Shown: positions 33,066-42,628 of the stretch, one piece after another
How positions within the stretch are numbered: position 1 is the first letter of the stretch
Layout of the letters: the number at the start of each line of letters is the position of its first letter
NCBI GenBank assembly: GCA_041690595.1
Contig: JAWLHB010000039.1
Coordinates: 1 to 64,000 of the forward strand
Source: Lentisphaeria bacterium
Lineage (GTDB): Bacteria > Verrucomicrobiota > Lentisphaeria > JABSQK01 > JAWLHB01
Direction: 5' to 3'
Length of the DNA: 64,000 bases
Translations under genes and position numbers: made by a program
The notes under the pieces: generated by a model
The model's database searches: none
Told to the model about the DNA's origin: nothing
Seen by the model: only the letters and a program-made list of their open reading frames with translations

Positions 33066-34982
33066 TCAGTTTTCGAGCCGGAAGACCAGCATCGTGTGGT
33101 AGACGAAGGCGGGGACCTCGACGGTGACCTTGCCATCCTGGGCGACCGCGGGGAGGTTGACCTGGAGGGGGCCGCCGCGGCAGAGCGAACCTCTCTTGTG
33201 GGCCCAAATGGTGGCAGCGGGATTCTGGGGATCGGGGACCCGCTCCATCTGTGCCGGGGTGCCGCCGATATCGAGCCCCACGCCTTTCGGATTATCCGTT
33301 CCCGGGGTGTAGGGACGCGGTTGCGCGGCGAAGACTTCGCGGAGCTTTCTGCCATTGAGCGAGAGGGACACGGTCGCTGTGGCGGGAGGCGGATTCTCGT
33401 CATTCCCTTCCACCACGTTCTCCGTCACCGGCTTGTTGAGCAGGTGAACGATGATATCCTCGCCATTGGGGGTGGGGCGGCGGTAGACGAACTCCTCCCA
33501 CCAGACCGGCCGCGATGTCTTTGCCGACAGGAACGCCGCGGGGTCAGCGATGATCTTTACATCCTTCGGCCAGAGGAAAGCGGAATACCGGGTCATGAAC
33601 TGGGTCATGGGCCAGGATCCTTCCTGGTGGCAGTTTGCCGGATGGATCTGCGAGGCGAGGAGCAGAGCGGCGAGGTGGCTCTGCGACGCCCAGCCGTTGA
33701 AGGTCGTGTAGCCGGCAACAATGGGGGCGCCGTACTTCTGCGTGCCGTTGTCGCGTTCGAGGGTGTACTGATCGACGCAGTACTGCCAGTTGTGGTAGCG
33801 GCCTCCTGGGTTGGCATGGTGGCGAAACTCGATGAGCAGGGCGGTCTGCGGCGTGCTCATCTGCTCGCTCAGGGTTTCCATGCCTCCACCATTGCCGAAT
33901 CGGCTCCAGAACGGCTGTTCGGCAAATTGGGCGGAGCCATTGATCCAGACGCCGAAGCTCGGGTGCTTCTCGCGCACCATGTCGTGCAGCATGCGGAAGT
34001 TGCGCGCGGAGATGGCGTTCGGCTCCTGGCCGTGTGGGGTGGGTTCGCCGTCGTAGGTGTAGCCGGGGAAGAGCGCCACACCGCCACAGTCCCAGAACAT
34101 GCCGTCCCAGCCGAAGATCTCGATGGATTCAAGGACATTCCGCGCGCCGTACTCGATGCAGGCAGGGTCATAAAAGGCCATGTTTGCCTGCCCCATGGCG
34201 CCGGTGGCCTTGTCGTTGTACGGCTTGGTCAAGGCCAGGGGGGAGCCACTCATCATCGGCGAGCCGTCGCGCTGACGACAGATCCATTCCGGATAGCGGC
34301 GCGCCCATTCCAATCCTGCCTTGCCATTGGTGAAGGCATTGTTGTAGAAGGTGCAGTGGATCCCCTTGGCCTGGAACTCCTTGATGGTCTTCTGCAACTC
34401 CTCCTTCTTCATGTGGTAGCCGGTCTGGCCAGAGTACCACTCGTCGTACTCGGGGGCGTTTTCGGCAAAGTCGCCAGGCGCCCAGGCGAACCAGTGCTGC
34501 AGCGTCGTATAGGAGGTGAAGGGTTCCTCGTTCATGAAGAGCCCACTGTCCTTGTACTTCTGCCGTGGAAACGAAAGAAGAATCATCTCCATCCAGTCTG
34601 TGTTGACACCGAAGAACTGGCGTCCCACATCCTCGACCTTGCCGTCGACCAGTGCCTCGACCCGCAGCTCATGCCCCCACTTCCGCTGGGACGACGGCAA
34701 GGCAAACTCTGCCGAAGCGTTGTCCCCGGCGGGAACCGAAAGGTCGATGGTCGGCAGCTCCTGGCGCTGATCCAGCTCCCAGATCAAGGTTGGTTTCAGG
34801 GTAACCTGCATGACGGCGTCGGTCGCATTGTAGAGGCGGATTACGGCCGAGCCGCTCTCGCCATCCTCATAGACGATCTTGTTCGGTTTGAGTGAGATGA
34901 TTTCGACGCGCCGGGTGGTATCGGTTTGGCCTGTCAGGGCGCCGGTCAGCGCCATCATCATGATGAGAATCCAGCGGTGCAT
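33066..34982 (-). CDS. Secreted GH66-like glycoside hydrolase
   Basis: Signal peptide; N-terminal Ig-like KPNKIVY..GE domain; LQHWFAW; FGWDGMFWD (candidate nucleophile Asp); LLIEF (candidate acid/base). Confidence 0.6.
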   Translation of the reverse strand: MHRWILIMMMALTGALTGQTDTTRRVEIISLKPNKIVYEDGESGSAVIRLYNATDAVMQVTLKPTLIWELDQRQELPTIDLSVPAGDNASAEFALPSSQRKWGHELRVEALVDGKVEDVGRQFFGVNTDWMEMILLSFPRQKYKDSGLFMNEEPFTSYTTLQHWFAWAPGDFAENAPEYDEWYSGQTGYHMKKEELQKTIKEFQAKGIHCTFYNNAFTNGKAGLEWARRYPEWICRQRDGSPMMSGSPLALTKPYNDKATGAMGQANMAFYDPACIEYGARNVLESIEIFGWDGMFWDCGGVALFPGYTYDGEPTPHGQEPNAISARNFRMLHDMVREKHPSFGVWINGSAQFAEQPFWSRFGNGGGMETLSEQMSTPQTALLIEFRHHANPGGRYHNWQYCVDQYTLERDNGTQKYGAPIVAGYTTFNGWASQSHLAALLLASQIHPANCHQEGSWPMTQFMTRYSAFLWPKDVKIIADPAAFLSAKTSRPVWWEEFVYRRPTPNGEDIIVHLLNKPVTENVVEGNDENPPPATATVSLSLNGRKLREVFAAQPRPYTPGTDNPKGVGLDIGGTPAQMERVPDPQNPAATIWAHKRGSLCRGGPLQVNLPAVAQDGKVTVEVPAFVYHTMLVFRLEN

Positions 34983-34986
34983 GTGC

Positions 34987-36942
34987 TTACTCCTTTGCCA
35001 TGAGCCATTTCATTGTCTGCGTGAGAAGCGAAATCCATTCGGGGGTGGTCCATGCCTCGCGTTCCCCCGTCAATGGCGCGCCATTGCAGGTTGCCGCGAT
35101 GGCCGCCACGCGTCCCTTGCCGCTGGGCGCGACGATCACCAGGGGCTGGTCGCCACAGGCCAGTACCACGCTGCTCTCGTCGCGTGGCACCATGACGTTG
35201 ACCCAGTAGAAGCGAGTGTCCCCCGGGAACGCGATGCCGTCCACGGCTGGGTGGGGAGCCGCCACCCGCGGAGGCGTCGAGGAGAGAACGCGCTGCAGGT
35301 CGAAGGCGGTGGGGATCTCCGCTGGGAGAATCCCCATCAACTCCGTCTCGCGCCATTGACCCGCGCCAAAGGTATTCATGCCCCCGAAGGAGAGGGCGCT
35401 CACGCCGCCGTACCGGACGACGTCGCTCAGCATGATGCTGGCGTAATCCGGCCCGGCTGGGAGGTTGGAGACAATGATCAGATCGTAGCTCAGCAGCTCG
35501 TCGTAGGTGGCGGGGAAGGTGTCCCATTGCTCGGAGATCGTGATCTCCGCCTCAGGATCCAGCTTTCGGACCGCATCCTCGATGCGATAGTGATGGGTGA
35601 ATAGGCCGTAGAGCAGGAGGATGCGCGGATGAGCGTTGAGTGGGCGCTCCCAGCTGTCCGGCTTGAGCATCTGCTTCACCTTCCGGGCGCGGGGGATTTC
35701 GTACTCGGCCATCTCGCCGGCGCCATGGATACCTTCGCCGCCGAAGGCTCCTTCGTGGACGACTTCGTACCGCTCTTCCCAGCCGTCGCCGGAGAGGGTG
35801 ATGCGGGCCACGAGTGGTTCGGTCTGTGGTCGTGGCCATGCCTGCCGCACCGTGAGCGGCTGCAGGCCCACGTTGTCGACTACGAGAGCCGGCAGCGCCA
35901 TGTCCTGCTTCGAGCGAACGCCGTGGATCGTGGTGGCGATGGTGATCCGCTCGTGTGGCGCGGTCGCCGCTGCAAGCTGGTGGGTGATGTCGACGCGATC
36001 CGGCGCCGAAGTCAGTTGGGTGTCGGCGATCACTCTGGTGCTGGCGTGGGCAAATCCCTTGAAGCCATTCACGGGTATGATGACGTAGTCCACGCTCCAG
36101 CGCTTGCCTGGCGGCAGTGGCACCTTGTCCATGAACCATTCCGTGGTCACGGAGCCGGCCGAATTGTAGAGCACATCCAGATAGTTGTAGTCGATCAGGA
36201 AGATGGCCCCCTCGTCGTTTCGGCGATCGCGGCCCGCGGTCCATCCGGCAACCGGCTCACGGCCGCCGGCAGGGGTGTATTTACCGGCGCCCACAAAGTC
36301 GGCCGAGTAGGGGTCGGTAACGGGGATAAAGGGTTTCTTCCCGGTATCGTCCATGCCGGTGCGGTGGATGCCGTGGCTGCTGGGGCGATAATAGAGATCA
36401 TAGAGTCGATCGCCGCCATAGCCGAAACACTGCTGCACCCAGAGCCCGACATTCTTTCCTTCCGTCGTAGGATTGGTGAAGGCATTGGTAACCTGCACGT
36501 CGCGTCGTCCGCCATGCAGCGTGATGGTCTTCTCGACCTGCAGCCCCCTCGTCAGGGCATCGCGGCCGTCGGCGCCGCCCTTTGCCGTTGTCCACAGGCG
36601 GATGGCGATAGAGTCGCCGTCGCCGTCGATGACTTCATAGTCGTAGGCTGTTTCGAGAAGCTCACCCGGGTAGGGCTGGTGGGCGAAGTGATCGAGAAAA
36701 AGGCCCGCTGTCTTGCCTTCGTAGATCCATTCGCGGCCAGTTTCGCGGTGGATGAAACTGCTGCACCGCCCCCCCCGAGCCGGGTCGAAGGTCAGGCGAT
36801 AGAGGTCATTCCAGATGACGACCAGCTTCGTCTTGTCGCCGTCGATCACTTCGTGACCTGTTACCGGCTCGGCGCGCGCCGACTTTCCGCTCAGGAGAAT
36901 CAACGTGCCCATCAGGAAGATGTACCTCCACATTCGGCTCAT
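34987..36942 (-). CDS. Secreted protein: mutarotase-like beta-sandwich plus C-terminal GATase1-like (DUF1355-type) domain
   Basis: Signal peptide; IWNDLYRLTFDPARGGR; FPATYDELLSYDLIIVSN; GKGRV; AGGAGG RBS before ATG 36942. Confidence 0.75.
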   Translation of the reverse strand: MSRMWRYIFLMGTLILLSGKSARAEPVTGHEVIDGDKTKLVVIWNDLYRLTFDPARGGRCSSFIHRETGREWIYEGKTAGLFLDHFAHQPYPGELLETAYDYEVIDGDGDSIAIRLWTTAKGGADGRDALTRGLQVEKTITLHGGRRDVQVTNAFTNPTTEGKNVGLWVQQCFGYGGDRLYDLYYRPSSHGIHRTGMDDTGKKPFIPVTDPYSADFVGAGKYTPAGGREPVAGWTAGRDRRNDEGAIFLIDYNYLDVLYNSAGSVTTEWFMDKVPLPPGKRWSVDYVIIPVNGFKGFAHASTRVIADTQLTSAPDRVDITHQLAAATAPHERITIATTIHGVRSKQDMALPALVVDNVGLQPLTVRQAWPRPQTEPLVARITLSGDGWEERYEVVHEGAFGGEGIHGAGEMAEYEIPRARKVKQMLKPDSWERPLNAHPRILLLYGLFTHHYRIEDAVRKLDPEAEITISEQWDTFPATYDELLSYDLIIVSNLPAGPDYASIMLSDVVRYGGVSALSFGGMNTFGAGQWRETELMGILPAEIPTAFDLQRVLSSTPPRVAAPHPAVDGIAFPGDTRFYWVNVMVPRDESSVVLACGDQPLVIVAPSGKGRVAAIAATCNGAPLTGEREAWTTPEWISLLTQTMKWLMAKE

Positions 36943-37079
36943 GCAGCGCCTCCTACCTTCATGGTGAAAATTTGTCGGGACCGGTTGAAACTGATTCACA
37001 GCTTATATACTTTCAAGTATAAAAGGATAGGATGACGCTTTCAAGTGTGATTTTAGAAAAGCAGAAGGAGGGGCGGAAC
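36943..37079. promoter_or_regulatory. AT-rich divergent promoter region with inverted repeat
   Basis: TATACTT-TC-AAGTATA (37006-37021); CTTTCAAGT at 37010 and 37038. Confidence 0.55.
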
Positions 37080-39227
37080 ATGGGCACGGGAGCAAGCAAT
37101 CGCTGGATCGAGCTGGAGCATGAGGTGAGAATTGAATTGTGCGAGGAGCATGGCCGGCTGTTGGGGCTGGGTGAAGTCACCGTTGGGGGTATACCCATAC
37201 GTTCAGGAACGATTCCCCTTCGTCCAGACTTCTCGACGATCGATGCGCTTCATTTTCAGGATTTTGTGCTCGATGAGATCGTCGCCCAGGAGCATGGTGT
37301 GACCCTGCGGACCACGACGGTGGGGCGGCAGGAGGTACTGAGCAATGACATGATGGACGAGTACGACTTCATGTTGGCGTTTCCGAAGGTGCGCGAGCCG
37401 CGAGAGGATTCTCTGGAGTGGGTACTGACCTCGCGGGAGTTGGAACTGGAGGGGGAGCGCTACGTGGGCTTCTCGCTGGGCTTTGTCTTTCACAGCGAGG
37501 TTAACAAGGTTCACCGGCTGCTGACCTACGGCACCTGGGAGATCGGCGGCAAGGCGACGGGCAACACCATCTACCATCAGTCGCAGGTTGGCGAACCCGT
37601 CTACACCGCGGCGCCGGAGACCCATTATACGACGGCCTGCCTCAAGCGTCTCGACCTGTGGCACAGTCCCTTTGGCAACTCTTATCAGTTCTGCCCCCGC
37701 TGGGCGAGCATGCAGCCGTTCGATTTCCAGGCCGCGCCCGAAGGCGTCCTGCTTGGCTACTGGCGTGATCTGCACAGCGTGAAGAGCCTCATCCAGAAGA
37801 ATCCCGGAGAGGAGGTTGTCTTTGTCCTCGACGAGTACGATTTCGAGCTGACCAACCACGTTGAAACGCCGGCGAAGCACATCCTCTTCAGCGCCAGTCG
37901 GCAGCCTCGTCAGCGGCATCAGGTCATCGACATGTGGACCCGTGCGATGGAATACACGGGCGATATCATTCGCGGCTTCTTCGGCATCGAGCTCTGCGCG
38001 CCACGCGTGACCGGGGGCGTCAAGTTCGAAGGCAAGGTCTGCATCTCCCGCGAGGAACTCGCGAAGGGGCCGCAGGACGATTGGTTGTGGCGGGAGGAGA
38101 ACGGCAAGTTCTACTTCCTGCTCGAAGGGGACACTATCGAGAGCCACGACCTGCTTTACTGGATGGGAGACAAGATCCTGCCTCGCCTGCATGCGCAGGG
38201 TATTCGACGGTGCAGCATCATCCAGCCTGTGCACCAGAGCGACTTTACGGAGCTGGCTTTCGCCTACCATGCGCAGACTGGCTGGCACGGAGACATTTAT
38301 GTATCCAGTGTCTGCGGCTCACATCGCTATGTTCCCGCCGACTTCTATGGCGGTTGGAAGGCGTGGCGCTACATGGCGGAGAAAGCGAAGAAGCTGGATG
38401 TCAGCATTGGTCACTGGATCGGCTTCCATCTTACGCCTCGTGCGGCGATCGTGGCGGAGCATCCAGAGTATCTGGTCATGCATGCCAACACCAAGCGCTT
38501 TGGCGGCGGCTATGGGCACCAGTGCATCAACGCCATCAACTGGCGATCAGGGGCCCGCGACTGGTTCCTCGATGACATGCGCCGATGGTTCGACGAAGGG
38601 CTCGACTGGCTCTGGTTCGACTCCTGGCCGAACCTGGCCTGCCTGTCGCTCGACTATCGCGACAATATGGCTCCCATGCAGGCGGAAACACCCAAAATCC
38701 TCGCGGAACTGCAGAAGATCGGCTACAACTGGTTTGGCTTCGAAGGGACCAGCCCCTTTGGTTGCCCCTCCTACGGTCTGGTCGATCCCATGCAGGACTA
38801 CGAGGGGCATGTCTCGCAGGGCGTCTGCGGGCAGAATGACTTCGGCAAGCGCATCGGCCACGAATACCTGGCGTGGAACGAAAGCATGCTCGAGGTGCGT
38901 GTCCATCCCGATCGGCCGCGCGATCAAATCCCCGCGTGGAGCTTCCGCTACATTGCCAACCGCTCGCTGAATATCGCCACCGATGAGCACAAGGCCATCT
39001 ACGAGAAGCTGCGGCCGCTGCTGCAGAAGCGCTACCTTCTGCCCGATGATCAAGGCGTCCGCTGGGAGAGTGCCGATGGGCAGGCGCTCTTCGCCTACCG
39101 CGCCTTCGATCATGAGTTGCCGGCCGGTGCCAAGGTGACGCGGGTCGAAGCCGGACGCGACGAGCCGGTGGCCTGTCCGAATGGTCGTCTTCGCACCGAG
39201 CCCTTCACCGCCTATCGCCTCTCTTGA
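37080..39227 (+). CDS. Hypothetical cytoplasmic protein, possible glycoside hydrolase TIM barrel
   Basis: No signal peptide; VAEHPEYLV, INWRSGARDWF, GLDWLWFDSW pattern reminiscent of retaining alpha-glycosidase barrels; AAGGAGG RBS. Confidence 0.55.
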   Translation: MGTGASNRWIELEHEVRIELCEEHGRLLGLGEVTVGGIPIRSGTIPLRPDFSTIDALHFQDFVLDEIVAQEHGVTLRTTTVGRQEVLSNDMMDEYDFMLAFPKVREPREDSLEWVLTSRELELEGERYVGFSLGFVFHSEVNKVHRLLTYGTWEIGGKATGNTIYHQSQVGEPVYTAAPETHYTTACLKRLDLWHSPFGNSYQFCPRWASMQPFDFQAAPEGVLLGYWRDLHSVKSLIQKNPGEEVVFVLDEYDFELTNHVETPAKHILFSASRQPRQRHQVIDMWTRAMEYTGDIIRGFFGIELCAPRVTGGVKFEGKVCISREELAKGPQDDWLWREENGKFYFLLEGDTIESHDLLYWMGDKILPRLHAQGIRRCSIIQPVHQSDFTELAFAYHAQTGWHGDIYVSSVCGSHRYVPADFYGGWKAWRYMAEKAKKLDVSIGHWIGFHLTPRAAIVAEHPEYLVMHANTKRFGGGYGHQCINAINWRSGARDWFLDDMRRWFDEGLDWLWFDSWPNLACLSLDYRDNMAPMQAETPKILAELQKIGYNWFGFEGTSPFGCPSYGLVDPMQDYEGHVSQGVCGQNDFGKRIGHEYLAWNESMLEVRVHPDRPRDQIPAWSFRYIANRSLNIATDEHKAIYEKLRPLLQKRYLLPDDQGVRWESADGQALFAYRAFDHELPAGAKVTRVEAGRDEPVACPNGRLRTEPFTAYRLS

Positions 39228-39240
39228 AGGAGTAAGCCTC

Positions 39241-40161
39241 ATGCCGACTAAACTGCCCCAGCCACATGGTCCCATCGACGGGAAAGGGAAGCCGCTGATC
39301 GTCAAGCACGGCACCATCACCTGCGATCTGGTCGAAACCAATCCGGTGATCTGGAAGGATCGCCTTCTGCGCTTCGAATCCGTGCGCGACAATCAGCGCG
39401 GTAATGAATCCGGGAGGCACTGCTTCCGTTTCGTTGACTGGCACAGCGGCGAAGCGACGCCCACCTTCGGCGAAGACTACAAGTTCGGCTGCGCCTTTGT
39501 GGCGGGCGATCGCATGATCGTCACCGGTTCCTCGCCAGGTTGTCTGAGTATCGACATCTTCGAGTCAGCCGACCTGGTGACTTGGAGCCGGCGCCCGTGT
39601 CTGACGGAGCCGCGGTACCAGTACTACAACACGTCGATCTGTCATGACGGCTCCCGTTATGTGCTGCTATTCGAGATCAATCGCCCCTGGGAGGAATGCG
39701 GACCGCCCTTCACCGCGCGATTCGCCTTCTCCGACGACCTGCGAAGCTGGACGATCAGTGATCCGGCCTGCGTCTACAGCCGCGACCGGTACACCGCTCC
39801 CCATTGTCTCCGGTATCACGATGGCTACTACTATCTCTTCTATCTGGAGCAGTACGACGGGTTCGGTACGCGCGTCGCCCGGTCCACGGATCTGCGGGAA
39901 TGGCGGAGCAGTTGGTTCGATCCGGTGCTCAAGGCAGACGACGCGGATCGTCGGATTGCCAGCGAGGAGCTGTTGCCGGAGGAGCGGCGGCGGATCGCGG
40001 AGGCGGACAACTGGAACAACTCCGACATCGACATGATCGAGTGGCAGGGGAAGCTGATGATAACCTATTCCTGGGGGAGTCAGTTGGGCATCGAGCATCT
40101 CGCCACCGCCCATTACGATGGTCCGCTTTCGGCATTTCTCCTCGACTGGTTCCGCGACTGA
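39241..40161 (+). CDS. Five-bladed beta-propeller glycosidase-like protein (GH43/GH32/GH130 fold)
   Basis: Repeated Asp-box-like SADLVTW, SDDLRSW, STDLREW; DGYYYLFY. Confidence 0.7.
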   Translation: MPTKLPQPHGPIDGKGKPLIVKHGTITCDLVETNPVIWKDRLLRFESVRDNQRGNESGRHCFRFVDWHSGEATPTFGEDYKFGCAFVAGDRMIVTGSSPGCLSIDIFESADLVTWSRRPCLTEPRYQYYNTSICHDGSRYVLLFEINRPWEECGPPFTARFAFSDDLRSWTISDPACVYSRDRYTAPHCLRYHDGYYYLFYLEQYDGFGTRVARSTDLREWRSSWFDPVLKADDADRRIASEELLPEERRRIAEADNWNNSDIDMIEWQGKLMITYSWGSQLGIEHLATAHYDGPLSAFLLDWFRD

Positions 40162-40173
40162 GGCGTGGTCAGT

Positions 40174-41496
40174 CTAGAGGGTCCGCATCAGCTCGATGGC
40201 GGCACGGACAATGATTTCGCCGGCTTCGGCTTCGAAGACGCGATTGTTGGACTCGTAGTACCCTTTCTCAATGGCCTCTTTCGTGACCACATAGCCTTGA
40301 AGATCGCCATTGACCAGAGTGATGGGAGTGCAGAGCCTGCCAGCCTCCTTCTTGAGCGCCAGCCCATATTCGACAAAGAGTTCTCCGGGAAGACCTGCCA
40401 GGCAGCGGTCACCAATGCGAATCACCTGTACCTCAACGGGATGATACTTTTCGAGAACTTCCGCGAGGTGCCCGTTTTGTTGGCACTCGGCAAGATAGAC
40501 TGTCTCCTCCGCGCCAAAGACGTCACACTCCGCCGTGCGAACCGGACCATGTTCGGCACCGCTGCGCTTCATTTCCTGGTATCTGCTCCGAAACCGCGCC
40601 AAGCTTTGGCGAGCCGCCTCGACCGAAGGGAGGATGCGACGCGGAAGCTCAATCTCCGTCAAGCGCGCATCGATGACCGGATCCGACGTAAAATCCCTGT
40701 CTTGCAGGTCGCACACGGAGTTGAAGACCGCCTCGCCCAGGAGTTCGCCGATGCGTCGCGCTTCGGCGAAGGTGTTGGAATGAACGTCATGGCGGGGGCT
40801 CTGGTTTCCTGCCGGGCCCATGTGGTAGAGCACGGTCAGGTCGGCGGCAATATGCGTCTTCAGAAATTCCCTGGTGAAGTAGGGGAAATCCGAGGAGACA
40901 AGCCTGGAGTCTTCATGCAGGACGGTCGGATGCATGCTGTAGGTCAGTGAGATGGCAACGATCCGTTTTGTCGTGCTCTCCCTGGCAACCAGTATTCCGG
41001 CTTCAGGATCGCGAAGGCCATTCTCCGGGTCATGCCGATTTCCGCCGACACCACTTACCGACGCCGTAGACCAGGCGACCTCGACTTGTCGTGGAGTTTG
41101 AGCAGCTTCCACTGCGGCCTCCACGATGCTGTCCGTCATGAAAGCCATGTAATCTGGATCCATGTCCGGTACGACGGGCGATGGCCCCCACTCGAGCACA
41201 TAAGCGGTATGCGGGCCGGAGTGCGTGTGGGAACAACTGATGAAGATGGACTCTTGAGGTATGCCGGTTTCTCCGGCGACGCGCCGCCGCAACCCCTTGG
41301 CGGTCAACGGATCGATGAAGAGAATGTCGAGGGCTATCAGCATGACTTCCGCGGTAGCACTTCGAAGGCATAGTGCACTGGCGAGAAGGGGATCATGTAC
41401 CCCCTTTGAAATACGCTTGATATGCGGGAAGCCAACGAGAAAAGAGGGCTTTACCGGTGTGATGTCCCGTATCGATGTGCCTGCCTGCATGGTCAT
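40174..41496 (-). CDS. Neutral/alkaline ceramidase N-terminal domain family hydrolase
   Basis: RDITP, VHDPLLA, SCSHTHSGP, SMHPT, SSDFP, GPAGNQSP, LPGELF. Confidence 0.85.
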   Translation of the reverse strand: MTMQAGTSIRDITPVKPSFLVGFPHIKRISKGVHDPLLASALCLRSATAEVMLIALDILFIDPLTAKGLRRRVAGETGIPQESIFISCSHTHSGPHTAYVLEWGPSPVVPDMDPDYMAFMTDSIVEAAVEAAQTPRQVEVAWSTASVSGVGGNRHDPENGLRDPEAGILVARESTTKRIVAISLTYSMHPTVLHEDSRLVSSDFPYFTREFLKTHIAADLTVLYHMGPAGNQSPRHDVHSNTFAEARRIGELLGEAVFNSVCDLQDRDFTSDPVIDARLTEIELPRRILPSVEAARQSLARFRSRYQEMKRSGAEHGPVRTAECDVFGAEETVYLAECQQNGHLAEVLEKYHPVEVQVIRIGDRCLAGLPGELFVEYGLALKKEAGRLCTPITLVNGDLQGYVVTKEAIEKGYYESNNRVFEAEAGEIIVRAAIELMRTL

Positions 41497-41525
41497 GTTC
41501 GCCTGTGGTCGAATCTGAAAAACAC

Positions 41526-41684
41526 TCAGCTGCCTGGTTTCGGCGAAGTTGGCGGTGGCTTCTTGCTGTCAGATTCAGTAGCCTTGCGTGGCTTCGGTTC
41601 GGACTTGAAGGTGAACCTGGCCAGTTCCTTGTGGAGGTCATAGAGCTGGCCAAGTTCCCGCAGGGTATCGTCAATCCTGTTCAT
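41526..41684 (-). CDS. 52-aa small protein (possible partner of the nucleotidyltransferase)
   Basis: MNRIDDTLRELGQLYDLHKELARFTFKSEPKPRKATESDSKKPPPTSPKPGS*; below the ORF-track cut-off; start overlaps the end of the upstream remnant. Confidence 0.5.
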   Translation of the reverse strand: MNRIDDTLRELGQLYDLHKELARFTFKSEPKPRKATESDSKKPPPTSPKPGS

Positions 41685-41835
41685 GCTCCAGCCTCTCCAG
41701 ATCGGCCTGGTCCTGCTTGGAGTTCCGTTTTCGCTTGAGCCAGATCAGATCGGATTTGGACGCCACCCGCATGACGCCGGTTCCGGCCGATTCGACTTCG
41801 CGTGCATCCGCAACTGTTTGGGTGAATGTACACCC
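41671..41835 (-). pseudogene. C-terminal fragment of a minimal nucleotidyltransferase-fold gene
   Basis: ..EVESAGTGVMRVASKSDLIWLKRKRNSKQDQADLERL resembles the 'V.VAS.EDLI..K....R.QD.AD...L' tail of DUF6036-like NTases; no N-terminal IGG.A motif upstream. Confidence 0.55.
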
Positions 41836-41881
41836 GGTGGCGATTCGTCGCGGCCGAGTGGCGCATTCACCAGCTGCCGCT

Positions 41882-42628
41882 TCAGGGGGTGGTCTGGGAG
41901 CGGCCGGTGTGGATGGGGTTGGCGTTGTAGATGGCGCCGAACCGGTTCCACAGGCTGGCGACAGGGCCTTCGCTGTACCCGTAGGCCTGGTAGTAACGGG
42001 AGCGGGCGGCGCCATGTCCGTCAACATAGATGACGTTGCCGCGAACACCGCCGGAAGGCGAATGGGCTCTGCTCCTCCACTCCTGACTTCCTGACCACCG
42101 ATAGCTGCTGCCGTCGCCGAGATCTGGCTGGCTATCCAGAATCATGGAGCTTTCGGTGGGATAGGTGATCCAGCCTATCTTGGCGCCTGCCACCCCGTAG
42201 GCTCGCGAGTAATGAGTGAGGGCTGCCAAGGGCGGAATCATGGAGAAGAAGCCATTGATGGAATAGCCGCCCTGATAATAGTACTTGGCCGAGGGACAAT
42301 GGTACATCTTCTGGATGTCGATGGGGGCGAGATCCTGCCGTCTATTCCCAGGCGTGAAGCCACCGACATGAAAGGCATTGGCCCACCAGCGAGTATCGAG
42401 GCCATCGGTCCCGTTGTGCTGGGCACCCATGACGGTGCCATCGTACTCATCCGCGTAAGCCTGGACAAGCATCCCCATCTGCTTGATCAGGTTGAGACAG
42501 GAGATTTCACGTGCCTTGGCACGGGCATTGGAGAGCGCTGGAAGCAACATGGAGGCCAGAATGGCAATAATCGCCACTACGACCAGGAGCTCGATGAGGG
42601 TAAAGCGTTTCTTGGGCAGCCCTTTCAT
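41882..42628 (-). CDS. Prepilin-type N-terminal cleavage/methylation protein, DUF1559 / H-X9-DG-like
   Basis: [35 protein letters not shown]...[13 protein letters not shown] overlap with the upstream gene. Confidence 0.93.
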   Translation of the reverse strand: MKGLPKKRFTLIELLVVVAIIAILASMLLPALSNARAKAREISCLNLIKQMGMLVQAYADEYDGTVMGAQHNGTDGLDTRWWANAFHVGGFTPGNRRQDLAPIDIQKMYHCPSAKYYYQGGYSINGFFSMIPPLAALTHYSRAYGVAGAKIGWITYPTESSMILDSQPDLGDGSSYRWSGSQEWRSRAHSPSGGVRGNVIYVDGHGAARSRYYQAYGYSEGPVASLWNRFGAIYNANPIHTGRSQTTP

